Shown here one piece after another: positions 1 to 10,289 of a stretch of 64,000 nucleotides of DNA. Both the position numbers and the translations under genes were made by a program. Origin of the DNA: Gammaproteobacteria bacterium (GTDB taxonomy: Bacteria; Pseudomonadota; Gammaproteobacteria; CAKMZV01); contig OZ255843.1 of NCBI GenBank assembly GCA_965277775.1, positions 160,306 through 224,305 on the forward strand, read 5' to 3'. Below the pieces are notes generated by a model. That model made no database searches and was not told the origin of the DNA. It saw only the letters and a program-made list of their open reading frames with translations. Every line of letters starts with the position of its first letter. The stretch's first letter is position 1.

Positions 1-79
1 ATTTATCAAGTGAATTTGACTGTCATCCGTTGATCAAAGCAGCAAACTTATTACCACAAGCAAGCTGAGCGATCGTTAA

Positions 80-1042
80 TCAAGCACAAAGCACTCTGTA
101 TTGGTGGTTTTGGCATAGTTCAGTCAATGCTTCAGCGGGTAGATTCCAGACCAACACCATCCCCCCAGATACACCGCGAGAGGCACCAGCGCCGCTGATT
201 TTTGCAGCCCCCCCTTGTCGTTCAATAAGCTCAATAAATTGAGCCACAGGCTCTGGTACAACGCCCAATTGCACAAGGTGTTGGTGCAGTATTCTTATCA
301 AGCGGTGAAAAGCCACAATATCTTGTGCTTTAAGCGCAACCAACAAACGGGTCATACAGGATTGGAATAGAGGCAGCAATCGATGCAGGTTTGCTTGAAC
401 ATCAAGTATGCATTGTGCGGTTGAAACCATAGGCTTGCCCGTATGGACTACTTGAAATGGTGGAACAGGTAATCCTGCTGAAAATTGCATGACGCCATCT
501 ATTTGTTCAACCAATGTGGCTTGGTTAAACCAGCAAACCCAAGCATCCAGACCGCTGGAATGGCCATGCCTAATCGATTCGCTTTTGGCTATCAAACCAT
601 AACCTGAACTGGGTTGATTAAAATAGGACTCGCAAGCACGAATGATCGCGCAAGAAACTGCGGCAGAGGAGCCCATACCACATCCTTGAGGGATATCGCT
701 TTCAATCTTAAGCTTAAAATTTGGTTGAACAACAGGCTCGACTTCATCGAGATAGGATTGCACAACGGTTGCTATAAAATCTTCTGCTGAGGGACAGATT
801 TCAGCAACGGGCAGTTGCTTTGTTAGAAATTTTTGATGGTTTTTTTGAACGCGGCGACCGATTGAACTAAGTTCAGCAGAAGTTAGGTTTTTTTCTGCAA
901 TAACAATGCCCGCACCCACGTTATGTTCCATGGTGCAACAACATTGAAACTCAGTGTTCACAGCGAGAGCAGGCGCGCCTTCTAATACAACGTGCTCTCC
1001 GAAAATGATCAATTTTCCGTGTGCCAGACCTTTATGTTTCAT
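80..1042 (-). CDS. mvk: Mevalonate kinase (GHMP kinase family)
   Basis: GKLIIFGEHVV N-terminal motif, PQGCGMGSSAA ATP loop, HGHSSGLD and KISGAG motifs. Confidence 0.8.
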   Translation of the reverse strand: MKHKGLAHGKLIIFGEHVVLEGAPALAVNTEFQCCCTMEHNVGAGIVIAEKNLTSAELSSIGRRVQKNHQKFLTKQLPVAEICPSAEDFIATVVQSYLDEVEPVVQPNFKLKIESDIPQGCGMGSSAAVSCAIIRACESYFNQPSSGYGLIAKSESIRHGHSSGLDAWVCWFNQATLVEQIDGVMQFSAGLPVPPFQVVHTGKPMVSTAQCILDVQANLHRLLPLFQSCMTRLLVALKAQDIVAFHRLIRILHQHLVQLGVVPEPVAQFIELIERQGGAAKISGAGASRGVSGGMVLVWNLPAEALTELCQNHQYRVLCA

Positions 1043-1073
1043 GCCTTTGAGCCATTGATATGATTCTAATCCC

Positions 1074-2387
1074 TTAGGAAAATACTCGAATCAATAAGGC
1101 TGGGCTTGAGTGGTTAAAGTGCTGTGACATCTCTTCAAGCGCAGCCTTGATGTTTTCCTCCGCGACCACATTGGTCAGCAAAACAATGGTTGCCTCATGT
1201 TTGGAATGTTCAGGCTGTTCTTGGTGGACGACCTCGATGCTTACTGAGTGTTTGGCCATGGACTCGCTGATGGATTTGAGTACACCTGGCTCATCGGGCA
1301 CTTTTAGTCGAACATAGTAGCTGCTTTGTATTTCAGAAATGTCTTTGTATTCAACCTGATTGGTGCCATTTAGGCTGAAATTAGCTGGCTGAACGCCTTG
1401 GTTTAAGCAACGCCCTATTTCGCAAAGATCAGCCACCACCGCTGATGCGGTAGGGAGCCTGCCAGCACCAGCACCGTAATACATGCTTTCACCCAATGCA
1501 TTGCCTTCAACCCAAACGGCATTCATGACGCCATCGACACCCGATAATAATTTTGAATCAGCCACCAATGCTGGGTGCACGCGCATTTCAACCTGGCCCG
1601 AATTGATTTGTGCAATGCCCAGGTGTTTAATCTGATAGCCCATTTTATTGGCTTGAATGATGTCTTCAACGGTGATTTTTGTAATCCCTTCGGTGTAAAC
1701 GTTTTTAAACTGTGGTGCGCTGCCTGTTGCCAAAGCGCATAAGATTGTTAATTTATGAGCCGCATCAATACCTTCAATGTCAAAGGTTGGGTCCGCTTCT
1801 GCATAGCCTAACTGTTGCGCATCTGCCAACACAGCTTGGAAATCGATTTTTTCATCGCGCATCCGAGACAGTATGTAGTTGCAGGTACCATTTATAATAC
1901 CAGCAACCGTGGTGATTTGATTTGCATCCATTGCTTCACGAAGGACTTTGATAATCGGAATACCGCCCGCAACCGAGGCTTCGTATAGCAAAGAGACTTG
2001 CATGGAATCTGCCAATTCAAAAAGCGCTTGACCGTGCATGGCAATCAACTCTTTATTTGCCGTTATGACGGCTTTTTTCGCTTTCAATGCTTGGCTGACC
2101 GCTTGGTACGCTTCATCAACGCCGCCGATCAATTCAACAATAATGTCGATTTCAGGATGGTGGATAACAGAGGCAATATCATCGGTCAACACAGCTGGAT
2201 CGATGGCGCAATCTCGTTTTTTAGCCAAATTTTTGACAGCAATGCCTTTAATGCAAAAATCAGACTGTGCTTTGATTGCAATGTAATTTGCATGGTCGCC
2301 TGATAAAATATCGATCACACCTGAGCCTACAGTGCCTAATCCAAGTAGCCCAACCCCTAATTTTATTTTTTCTTTCTTTTTACGCAT
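1074..2387 (-). CDS. hom: Homoserine dehydrogenase with C-terminal ACT domain
   Basis: GLGTVGSG, TANK, EASVAGGIP, NGTCNYIL, LGYAEADPTFDIEGIDAAHK. Confidence 0.96.
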   Translation of the reverse strand: MRKKKEKIKLGVGLLGLGTVGSGVIDILSGDHANYIAIKAQSDFCIKGIAVKNLAKKRDCAIDPAVLTDDIASVIHHPEIDIIVELIGGVDEAYQAVSQALKAKKAVITANKELIAMHGQALFELADSMQVSLLYEASVAGGIPIIKVLREAMDANQITTVAGIINGTCNYILSRMRDEKIDFQAVLADAQQLGYAEADPTFDIEGIDAAHKLTILCALATGSAPQFKNVYTEGITKITVEDIIQANKMGYQIKHLGIAQINSGQVEMRVHPALVADSKLLSGVDGVMNAVWVEGNALGESMYYGAGAGRLPTASAVVADLCEIGRCLNQGVQPANFSLNGTNQVEYKDISEIQSSYYVRLKVPDEPGVLKSISESMAKHSVSIEVVHQEQPEHSKHEATIVLLTNVVAEENIKAALEEMSQHFNHSSPALLIRVFS

Positions 2388-2406
2388 TTTTAATTAAAAT
2401 ACCCTT

Positions 2407-2790
2407 ATGCAATTTCACGAGCAACAAAGTCCCAATACAAACCTCATCACGCGCATTGAAGATCAAACCATTTGGCTCGGACAGACCAAAATTGATAAAA
2501 GCAGTTGGATCACTGCGAAAAATATCACCCTATGGCACGAGTCCGAAACTGCTGATCAGATCACCTTCGACTTTTTACAACCGCTGATCGACGATAAACC
2601 CGAGTTGATCATTATCGGTTTATCAAACCCCAACCCTTTTGCTCTAATCAAAGAACAAGACTTGATCGCTGTACAACGACAAGGGATTGGCATTGAAATC
2701 ATGCAGCTACAATCTGCTTGTCACACCTATAATTTGTTGGTCAATGAAGGTCGTAAAACCATCTTAGCCGTGTTGTTGAAAGAAGATTAG
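2407..2790 (+). CDS. Mth938/DUF498-like protein
   Basis: PELIIIG, GIGIEIM...ACHTYNLLVNEGR motif; fills the gap between hom and asd. Confidence 0.85.
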   Translation: MQFHEQQSPNTNLITRIEDQTIWLGQTKIDKSSWITAKNITLWHESETADQITFDFLQPLIDDKPELIIIGLSNPNPFALIKEQDLIAVQRQGIGIEIMQLQSACHTYNLLVNEGRKTILAVLLKED

Positions 2791-3797
2791 AGGTAATTTT
2801 TAACAAATACTTCTGCAATTTGCACCGTATTCGTCGCTGCGCCTTTGCGCAAATTATCGCTAACCACCCACATATTCAAACCCAATGGATCTGCCAGGTC
2901 TTTGCGTATCCTGCCCACATAGACCAAGTCGTTGTCAATGCAATCATAGACAGTTGGATAATCATTTGGGTCGTCAAAGACAACCACACTTTCCATTTCA
3001 CGCAGTAGAGACAAGGCTGATTCAAGGCTGATCTCATCCCGGGTTTTTACATAAATAGATTCACTGTGACCGGAATACACTGGGATTCTGACGGTTGTTG
3101 GATTCACTTCGATGCTGTCGTCTGAAAATATTTTTCGAGTTTCGTTTACCATTTTCATTTCTTCTTTGGTATAGCCGTTATCAGTGAAGACATCGACCTG
3201 AGGGATGGCATTAAATGCAATCGCTTTTGGATAGACGCTGTACTCCAAAGTTTCGTTGGCTTGCCATTGTTTGATCTGATTGCTTAATTCCTCAATGGCT
3301 TTGTTGCCAGAGCCAGACACGGCTTGGTAGGTTGAAACGTCAATGCGACGAATGCCAACGGCATCGTAAATGGGTTTTAAGGCCACCAACATTTGAATGG
3401 TTGAGCAATTGGGATTGGCAATGATGCCATGGTTGACATAGTCGGCAACCGCTTCAGGATTAACTTCTGGCACGACCAATGGAATGTTTTGGTGCATTCT
3501 AAAATGCGATGAATTATCCACAACCACACAACCGCTCTTCCAAGCTTTTGGCGCATAAATTTCTGAGACAGCACCACCACAGGAAAACAAAGCCACATCC
3601 GCTTTTGAAAAATCAAAAGTTGCCATATCTAAGACTTCAATTTCGGCCCCTTTAAAAGGCAGTGTGGAGCCCGCAGATTTTTCTGAGGCTAATAAATAAA
3701 GTGTTTCAATGGGAAACTGTCGCTCTTCCAAAACTTTTAGAAAAGTTCTCCCGACCGCACCGGTTGCACCAGCAACACAAACTCGAACGTTTTTCAT
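2787..3797 (-). CDS. asd: Aspartate-semialdehyde dehydrogenase
   Basis: GATGAVG, DNSSHFRM, ANPNCST catalytic Cys, DNLRKGAA. Confidence 0.97.
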   Translation of the reverse strand: MKNVRVCVAGATGAVGRTFLKVLEERQFPIETLYLLASEKSAGSTLPFKGAEIEVLDMATFDFSKADVALFSCGGAVSEIYAPKAWKSGCVVVDNSSHFRMHQNIPLVVPEVNPEAVADYVNHGIIANPNCSTIQMLVALKPIYDAVGIRRIDVSTYQAVSGSGNKAIEELSNQIKQWQANETLEYSVYPKAIAFNAIPQVDVFTDNGYTKEEMKMVNETRKIFSDDSIEVNPTTVRIPVYSGHSESIYVKTRDEISLESALSLLREMESVVVFDDPNDYPTVYDCIDNDLVYVGRIRKDLADPLGLNMWVVSDNLRKGAATNTVQIAEVFVKNYL

Positions 3798-3889
3798 GAA
3801 TTGTATGACCTGTAGATTGAATGATTTACTTTATGGGGATTATTTACAAACTGTCAATGCATTGATTGATGTTTATTGTAGTGCACGGG

Positions 3890-4021
3890 CTAAGTCGTCG
3901 CTCTTTGAACATTCATGGTGATTATGAATCTTTTTTCTCGGAAGCAACCGATTTTTGTACCGTTGATGAAGGTTCTGCTATGTCGCGTCGAAACGCGCTC
4001 AATTCGACTAAAGAGTTCCAT
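3890..4021 (-). pseudogene. Possible vestigial bactofilin (ccmA-like) N-terminus overlapping the M23 gene end
   Basis: Alternative frame MELFSRIERVSTRHSRTFINGTKIG... begins within the M23 PWNSL codons and stops after 43 aa. Confidence 0.4.
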
Positions 4022-4929
4022 GGAACATATCGCACTTGGTTGAAAATTTGATCATAGTTGGTCAAACTCCATTTGACAAAATACTTAGGATCCAGGTGTT
4101 TTTGGACATAGATCACTTCATAGTGTAGATGAGGCCCAGTTGAGATGCCAGAATTCCCCGATTTGGCAATGGCTTGACCTTTCTTAACAACGGCGCCGTT
4201 TCGAACCAGATATGAACTCAGATGGGCATAAACTGTTTTAAATCCAGTCGCATGATTGAGCATCACCAATTTGCCATAGCCCCTCGAAACTGTGCCCGCG
4301 AATTCTACCACACCGTCCGCTGTAGCGTAAACCGGGGTGCCAATTTTTGCCCTAAAATCAATGCCCGTATGCCTATGTTTTTTATGGGTTTGAGGGTGTT
4401 TACGCCAACCATAATGGCTGGTGATTCTTTGATTGTCTTTCAATGGATAGCCATTTGGAATGGCGTTGAGCATCAACACCTTTTCTGTGGCCGTTTGTTC
4501 AGCAATCTGAACGCGTTGTTGCAGTGTGCTGTTGTCAGTGGATTCGCCTTCGATACCGATTAAATTTTCTATCCGATCTAATGCGGTGTCTAAGTAATCA
4601 ACCTTGTTTTTTTCTTGGCGTAAAATTTCATACAAAATTTGTTGCTCACTCAAGGTACCTTGGAACAGATTTTCCTGTTTTTTTAACTTTAAAGCGTGGG
4701 CTTGTTCCTGGTTTTGGATAAAGGTTTCGTATTTTGCAATGGCTTCGCCGGTCTGTTCTTCTATATCTTGTATTTCCGAATGCAACCAAAATATCAAACC
4801 CACGCTGCCAATGACCAAAACCGTCAAGGACACAAAACCATATCTGAGAAATTTCCGAAATAATTTACTCAGGGTATAGTTTTTGGAACCCTTATCGTTG
4901 GTGAGCGTCAGGATTAATTTGTCTTTCAT
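3922..4929 (-). CDS. M23 peptidoglycan metallopeptidase (Csd1-like; TM anchor plus coiled coil)
   Basis: HTGIDF and STGPHLHYEV motifs; N-terminal TM segment; ATG at 4929 preferred over TTG at 4935. Confidence 0.9.
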   Translation of the reverse strand: MKDKLILTLTNDKGSKNYTLSKLFRKFLRYGFVSLTVLVIGSVGLIFWLHSEIQDIEEQTGEAIAKYETFIQNQEQAHALKLKKQENLFQGTLSEQQILYEILRQEKNKVDYLDTALDRIENLIGIEGESTDNSTLQQRVQIAEQTATEKVLMLNAIPNGYPLKDNQRITSHYGWRKHPQTHKKHRHTGIDFRAKIGTPVYATADGVVEFAGTVSRGYGKLVMLNHATGFKTVYAHLSSYLVRNGAVVKKGQAIAKSGNSGISTGPHLHYEVIYVQKHLDPKYFVKWSLTNYDQIFNQVRYVPWNSLVELSAFRRDIAEPSSTVQKSVASEKKDS

Positions 4930-4931
4930 CG

Positions 4932-6008
4932 TCAATCAGATTGGTTCAACAAATTCTTTTGAACATAACTGCCCATGGCTTCTGTGCCAATAAGGTTGGT
5001 ATTATGGGCGGCAATGTCTGGCGTTCTGTATCCGTCATCCAACACCTTTTTCACCGCTTGCTCGATCTTATCTGCCCAAACAGGTTCATTAAATGAATAA
5101 CGTAACATCATGGCCAATGACAGAATGGTCGCCAAGGGATTGGCACTGTCCTGTCCTGCTATGTCAGGGGCAGAACCATGTACAGGCTCATACAAGCCAA
5201 ACTGTTTGCTATTTAAAGAAGCCGAAGGCAGCATACCTATTGAACCAGTTAGCATGGCTGCAGCGTCGGAGAGTATGTCGCCAAACATATTGCCTGTAAG
5301 TATGACATCAAAAGCTTTGGGCGCGCGAATCAACTGCATGCAGGCATTGTCCACATACATGTGTGACAGGGCGACATCTGGGTAGTTTTTAGATTCTTCT
5401 GTGACGATTTCGCGCCAAAATTCTGTTGCTTCCAATACATTGGCTTTGTCAACAGAACAAATTTTCTTGTTGCGCTTCATCGCCAACTCAAAAGCCACGC
5501 GGGCAATTCGACGAATTTCAGATTCTTTATAAATGTAGGTGTTGAAACCACATTTTTCACCATCACGTACCTCAATACCACGAGGTTGTCCAAAATAAAT
5601 CCCCCCCGTTAGCTCGCGGACGATGAGGATGTCTAAATCTTCAACAATCTCGGCTTTCAATGTGGACGCATCGGCCAATTGGGGATAAAGCAAAGCGGGT
5701 CTTAGGTTGGCAAACAGTTCAAAATGTTTGCGCAGTCCGAGCAAACCTTTTTCAGGTCGATTGGCAATGGGCAACGATTCCCATTTAGGTCCGCCCACTG
5801 CGCCTAATAACAGCGCATCAGACTTGTCTGCTTGATCGATGGTTTGTTGCGGTAAGGGTGACCCCAGTTTATCAATGGCTGATCCACCGATCAAACCGTA
5901 GTCAAACTCAATCGATACGTTCATCTGTTGCAGAGCGCTCAAAATTTTAACCGCTTGCTCAACGATCTCCTGTCCTATGCCATCACCGGGCAGTAATAAT
6001 ATTTTCAT
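4932..6008 (-). CDS. leuB: 3-isopropylmalate dehydrogenase
   Basis: [37 protein letters not shown]. Confidence 0.97.
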   Translation of the reverse strand: MKILLLPGDGIGQEIVEQAVKILSALQQMNVSIEFDYGLIGGSAIDKLGSPLPQQTIDQADKSDALLLGAVGGPKWESLPIANRPEKGLLGLRKHFELFANLRPALLYPQLADASTLKAEIVEDLDILIVRELTGGIYFGQPRGIEVRDGEKCGFNTYIYKESEIRRIARVAFELAMKRNKKICSVDKANVLEATEFWREIVTEESKNYPDVALSHMYVDNACMQLIRAPKAFDVILTGNMFGDILSDAAAMLTGSIGMLPSASLNSKQFGLYEPVHGSAPDIAGQDSANPLATILSLAMMLRYSFNEPVWADKIEQAVKKVLDDGYRTPDIAAHNTNLIGTEAMGSYVQKNLLNQSD

Positions 6009-6038
6009 GCGCTCATCCTATCAATTCGTTTGTTCTGC

Positions 6039-6899
6039 TCATCTGTTTTTTTGTTTCATCCAAGCGTCGCGTGCCACCTTAGCCTCATTCATAAATTCAA
6101 ATAAGGCAACAGCATCCTCATTGTCAATGTTTGCCTGTAAGAGCTTAAGTCGCTCTATATATTCACTCAAAGCCTTGTTTATGGGTTCTTTATTGGCGAG
6201 CGCAATGTCACGCCACATGGCGGGACTGCTTGAAGCGGTGCGCGAAAAATCGCCAAAGCCTCCGGCTGCGAGGTCAAAACACTCCGTTTTATACTCAGAA
6301 TGAATAATAAAATCAACCATGGCAAAGGCAAGCATGTGCGGCATATGGCTGACTTGAGCCAATATTTTATCGTGGTCATTGATGTCGATGTGTTGGATCA
6401 AAGCGCCGCAGTCTTGCCATATTTGTACAGTGGTTTCATAAGCAGCAGCGGAATGATTGGTGTGTGGACACAGAACCACAGTTGCATCGTTAAATAAGGT
6501 GGCAACGGCTGAACCCACGCCAATTTGTTCTTTGCCAGCAATGGGGTGGGCAAAAATAAAATTTGACGGAATTTGACCAAATACCGAAATAAGGTCTTGT
6601 TCAACCGATTTTTTGGTGCTACCCACGTCCATGACAACCCAGTCATCTTGCCAAATGGGTTTTAAAGATAGCAAAATGGCTTTGAATGCCCCGACAGGTG
6701 TGGCTAAAACAATGATTTGACAATCACCAGCGACTTGTTCGAGATGATCACTGCCCTCATCGATGGCGCCCTTTTGTATGGCTTTTTCGAGCGTTGTTGG
6801 ACGACCATAACCTTTTACTTTATAGCGTTTGGTTGCTTTTAACGCCAAACCCAATGACCCTCCAATCAATCCAACTCCAAGTATGGCGACGTTTTGCAT
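6039..6899 (-). CDS. tyrA: Prephenate/arogenate dehydrogenase
   Basis: GVGLIGGS, DVGSTK, HPIAGKE, SHMPH; follows pheA-hisC. Confidence 0.93.
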   Translation of the reverse strand: MQNVAILGVGLIGGSLGLALKATKRYKVKGYGRPTTLEKAIQKGAIDEGSDHLEQVAGDCQIIVLATPVGAFKAILLSLKPIWQDDWVVMDVGSTKKSVEQDLISVFGQIPSNFIFAHPIAGKEQIGVGSAVATLFNDATVVLCPHTNHSAAAYETTVQIWQDCGALIQHIDINDHDKILAQVSHMPHMLAFAMVDFIIHSEYKTECFDLAAGGFGDFSRTASSSPAMWRDIALANKEPINKALSEYIERLKLLQANIDNEDAVALFEFMNEAKVARDAWMKQKNR

Positions 6900-6908
6900 A
6901 TCAGTGGC

Positions 6909-7997
6909 TTACAACAGCGATTTTAAGGTGCTGACAAAACTTTGATTTTCTTGTTCTGTCCCAATGGAGACGCGCAAGTGTTCAGGCAGTCCATAAGCTT
7001 CAAGCCCTCGAACAATGATCCCTCTTTTGAGCAATTGTTGCTCAAGTTCAAAGGCGTTTTCACCAAAATATATTGTTAGAAAATTGGCTTGTGAAGGCAT
7101 CCAATTCAGCTTCAAGTTTTTGAGGGCGTCTTCGAGATTGCGCTTGCACTGATGATGCTTACTCATGCATGATTGTATCCAAGCTTGATCAGCAAGGGCA
7201 ATTTCGGCACATTCCAAAGCCAAGGCGTTGACATTAAAAGGATGACGAATGCGGTTGAGCAGATCGGTTATAGCCGTAGAAGCCAAAGCATAGCCCACAC
7301 GTAATCCAGCCAAAGCATAAGCTTTTGAAAAGGTTCGAGAAATGATTAAATTTGGGAATTGGTCCAACCAAGGCACGCTGTCGTAAGCACGAGCTTGTTC
7401 AATATACTCGGAATAGGCCTCGTCCAAAACCACAAAGGTGGTTTTGGGGACTTGCTCGAGAAAACTGAATAAATCGTTCTGATCGATGAATGAACCCGTG
7501 GGGTTGTTTGGGTTGGCTATGAATATCACCCCAGTCTGTTCATTGATGGCATTCAGACTGGCCTTTAAATCAAAACCATAATTTTTTGAATCGATGACTT
7601 GCAAAGGCGCATTGACACTTTTGGCTGCGATGAAATAGACCACAAAGGCAAATTGTGAGAATAATGCACTTCTGCCCGTTTGTAAAAACACCCGAGCCAC
7701 CATATCAAGTATGTCATTGGAGCCATTGCCCAAAGTGATTTGATTGGTTTGAATGCCATGATGGCTGGCCAAAGCTTGTTTTAACTTAAAACCATTGCCA
7801 TCGGGGTAACGCAATACTTTTTCGGGCAAATCATTTAAGGCTTCGTTGAGCAAAGGCGTGGGACCAAAGGCATTCTCATTTGATGCTAGTTTGATCACGT
7901 TTTGTACGCCGTATAAGCGAACGACTTCTTCTATGGGTTTGCCTGGCTCATAAGGACTCAGAGACTGAATGCCTTTGTGCGTATGCGAGGAGATCAT
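6909..7997 (-). CDS. hisC: Histidinol-phosphate/aromatic aminotransferase
   Basis: KLASNEN, GNGSND, NPNNPTG, DEAY, RTFSKAYALAGLRVGY; start placed at ATG 7997 (ATGA overlap with pheA stop). Confidence 0.93.
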   Translation of the reverse strand: MISSHTHKGIQSLSPYEPGKPIEEVVRLYGVQNVIKLASNENAFGPTPLLNEALNDLPEKVLRYPDGNGFKLKQALASHHGIQTNQITLGNGSNDILDMVARVFLQTGRSALFSQFAFVVYFIAAKSVNAPLQVIDSKNYGFDLKASLNAINEQTGVIFIANPNNPTGSFIDQNDLFSFLEQVPKTTFVVLDEAYSEYIEQARAYDSVPWLDQFPNLIISRTFSKAYALAGLRVGYALASTAITDLLNRIRHPFNVNALALECAEIALADQAWIQSCMSKHHQCKRNLEDALKNLKLNWMPSQANFLTIYFGENAFELEQQLLKRGIIVRGLEAYGLPEHLRVSIGTEQENQSFVSTLKSLL

Positions 7998-9094
7998 GCG
8001 TCCTGACTTTGCGGGAAAGAACCCAACACACGCAACCAATTCGTATGTTTGAGCAAGGTTTTTAAGACATCTTTTAATGGGGGTTCATCATGGTGCCCCT
8101 CGACTTCAATATAAAAAATATAGTCCCACAAGGTTTTGTGAGAAGGCCTCGATTGGATAAGACTTAAGCTTAGTTGAGCTTCACTAAAGGTCGCCAGAAT
8201 TTTGTGTAAAGCCCCTGTTTCATTCTTGATCGCTAAGGCCAATAAGGTTTTGTCTTTGCCACTGGGTCGGGTTTTGTTCTTACTGATCACAATAAAGCGC
8301 GTCTGATTGTCAAAACTGTTTTGTGTGTTCGATTTAAGGATTTCCAAGCCATAAATTTGGGCCGCCGTTTTGGACGCGATGGCAGCATAGCCAATCCCAT
8401 TGTCTTTGGCCATTTGAGCGGCTTGCGCGTTCGAGGCCACAGGCACCAACTGGTCTGCTTTGAAACAGCTTAACCAATTGTGGCATTGTTTAAAGCTTTG
8501 CTGATGGGCATATATTTTCTCAATGTTTTTAAACGTTGTCCCTGCACCAGCAATCAAATTATGTTGCACCAAAAGTTTTATTTCCAAACAAGCGGAAAGT
8601 TCTGTGTCGGCAATCAATCCGTCAATGGACTCGCTGACCACACCGCCAAAAGAGTTTTCAAGCGGTATAACCCCGTATTGAGAATGCCCTTGACAAACAT
8701 CGTTGAAAACGGCTTGAGTGCTTGGTTGTGATGAAAAAACGGCCGCATGACCAAAATGACCAAGTGCTGCCTCATGACTGAAGGTGCCTTCAGGGCCTAA
8801 ATAGGAAATGGTTTGCACCTGCTCTTGTGCCAAGCAAGCAGACATTATTTCACGAAAAATACTTTGGACTGAGGCGTCTGAAAAAGTCGGATAAACCGTT
8901 TCTTTGAGTTTTAATAGACGGCGCATGATTTGCGCTTCTCTTTCAGGCCTAAAGAAAGTTGTTGTTTGTTTTTGCGGCGTCTGCGCCTTTAAATTGCCGA
9001 TTTTACGCGCCAACTGAGCCCTTTCGAGCAAGGTTTTTAACAGGGCATCGTCCGCCTTATCTATGGCACTGCGTAGGCGATTCAATTCATCCAT
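7994..9094 (-). CDS. pheA: Chorismate mutase/prephenate dehydratase (P-protein)
   Basis: LRSAID...RPERE mutase domain, YLGPEGTFS, PLENS, NQTRF, SRP ACT domain. Confidence 0.95.
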   Translation of the reverse strand: MDELNRLRSAIDKADDALLKTLLERAQLARKIGNLKAQTPQKQTTTFFRPEREAQIMRRLLKLKETVYPTFSDASVQSIFREIMSACLAQEQVQTISYLGPEGTFSHEAALGHFGHAAVFSSQPSTQAVFNDVCQGHSQYGVIPLENSFGGVVSESIDGLIADTELSACLEIKLLVQHNLIAGAGTTFKNIEKIYAHQQSFKQCHNWLSCFKADQLVPVASNAQAAQMAKDNGIGYAAIASKTAAQIYGLEILKSNTQNSFDNQTRFIVISKNKTRPSGKDKTLLALAIKNETGALHKILATFSEAQLSLSLIQSRPSHKTLWDYIFYIEVEGHHDEPPLKDVLKTLLKHTNWLRVLGSFPQSQDA

Positions 9095-9110
9095 GGAATT
9101 TACACTTGGC

Positions 9111-10289
9111 TCAACAACAAATTCTTGCTGACCGTATGCCTTCTATTTGTTTGAGTTGAGCCACGATGTCTTCTTCAACTGTGCCCCCGACTTCTATCAG
9201 AGTATGGGCGACGGCATCGCGTGATTTATTCAACATGTCTTTGATGTTTAAGTCATTTTTTGCCAAGACCCCACTGATTTTTTCAATCATGCCCGTAGAA
9301 TTATCATTGGTAATCGATAAACGGGTACCTGTGGATTCGCCCATGGTGGTTTCGGGGTAGTTGACGGAATTGATGATGTTACCATTTCTGATAAAATCGT
9401 TCACTTGATTGATCACCATAATGGCACAATTTTCTTCCGCTTCAGTGGTCGAGGCACCCAAATGTGGTAAGCTGATCACTTTGGGATGATTGAGCAACTC
9501 AACGTTTGGAAAATCTGTGATATACGTCGCCACCTTGCCATTAACAAAACCTTTTAACATGGCAGAATCATCGACAATTCCTTGTCTTGAAAAATTCAGC
9601 ACCACTGTATTGTCCCGCATTGAATTAAGGTTGTTGACGTTGAGCATGTGCTCAGTGGCAGGCAATAATGGCACGTGCATTGAAACCACATCCGCTTTGA
9701 GTAACAGATCATCCAAATTCAAAGCGCGTTCAATATCGGCTTCCAATTTCCAAGCGTTTTTAATGGTCACTTTGGGGTCAAATCCAATCACGTGCATGCC
9801 CAGAGAAGACGCCACATTGGCCACTTCAACGCCCACGGCGCCCAAACCAACAACGCCTAACACTCTGCTACTGAGTTCATATCCTGAGAATTGTTTTTTA
9901 CCCGCTTCAACGGCTTTGTTCAATGCATCACCAGATAAATCCAAATTGTTGGTGTAGTCGATGGCGTGATGGATGTTGCGCGCAGCGAGTAACATGCCTG
10001 CCACCACCAACTCTTTGACCGCATTGGCATTAGCGCCAGGCGCATTAAAGACTGGAATGCCCCATTTTGTCATGCGATCAAGCGGGATGTTATTGACCCC
10101 AGCCCCAGCACGCGCCACGGCTTTGAGATTGGCATTGATGGGAAAATCATGCATTGAAGCGGACCGAACGAGCACGATGTCTGGCTCAGACTCATCTTTA
10201 GAGAGTTTAAAACGGGCGCGATTGAATTGTTCAAGTCCCTTGTTAGAGATGTTATTCAATAACAAAACTTTGTACGTCAAATCGGTCAT
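9111..10289 (-). CDS. serA: D-3-phosphoglycerate dehydrogenase
   Basis: ARAGAGVNNI, PGANANAVKEL, GLGAVG, PHLGAST, C-terminal ACT domain; coupled to serC. Confidence 0.92.
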   Translation of the reverse strand: MTDLTYKVLLLNNISNKGLEQFNRARFKLSKDESEPDIVLVRSASMHDFPINANLKAVARAGAGVNNIPLDRMTKWGIPVFNAPGANANAVKELVVAGMLLAARNIHHAIDYTNNLDLSGDALNKAVEAGKKQFSGYELSSRVLGVVGLGAVGVEVANVASSLGMHVIGFDPKVTIKNAWKLEADIERALNLDDLLLKADVVSMHVPLLPATEHMLNVNNLNSMRDNTVVLNFSRQGIVDDSAMLKGFVNGKVATYITDFPNVELLNHPKVISLPHLGASTTEAEENCAIMVINQVNDFIRNGNIINSVNYPETTMGESTGTRLSITNDNSTGMIEKISGVLAKNDLNIKDMLNKSRDAVAHTLIEVGGTVEEDIVAQLKQIEGIRSARICC

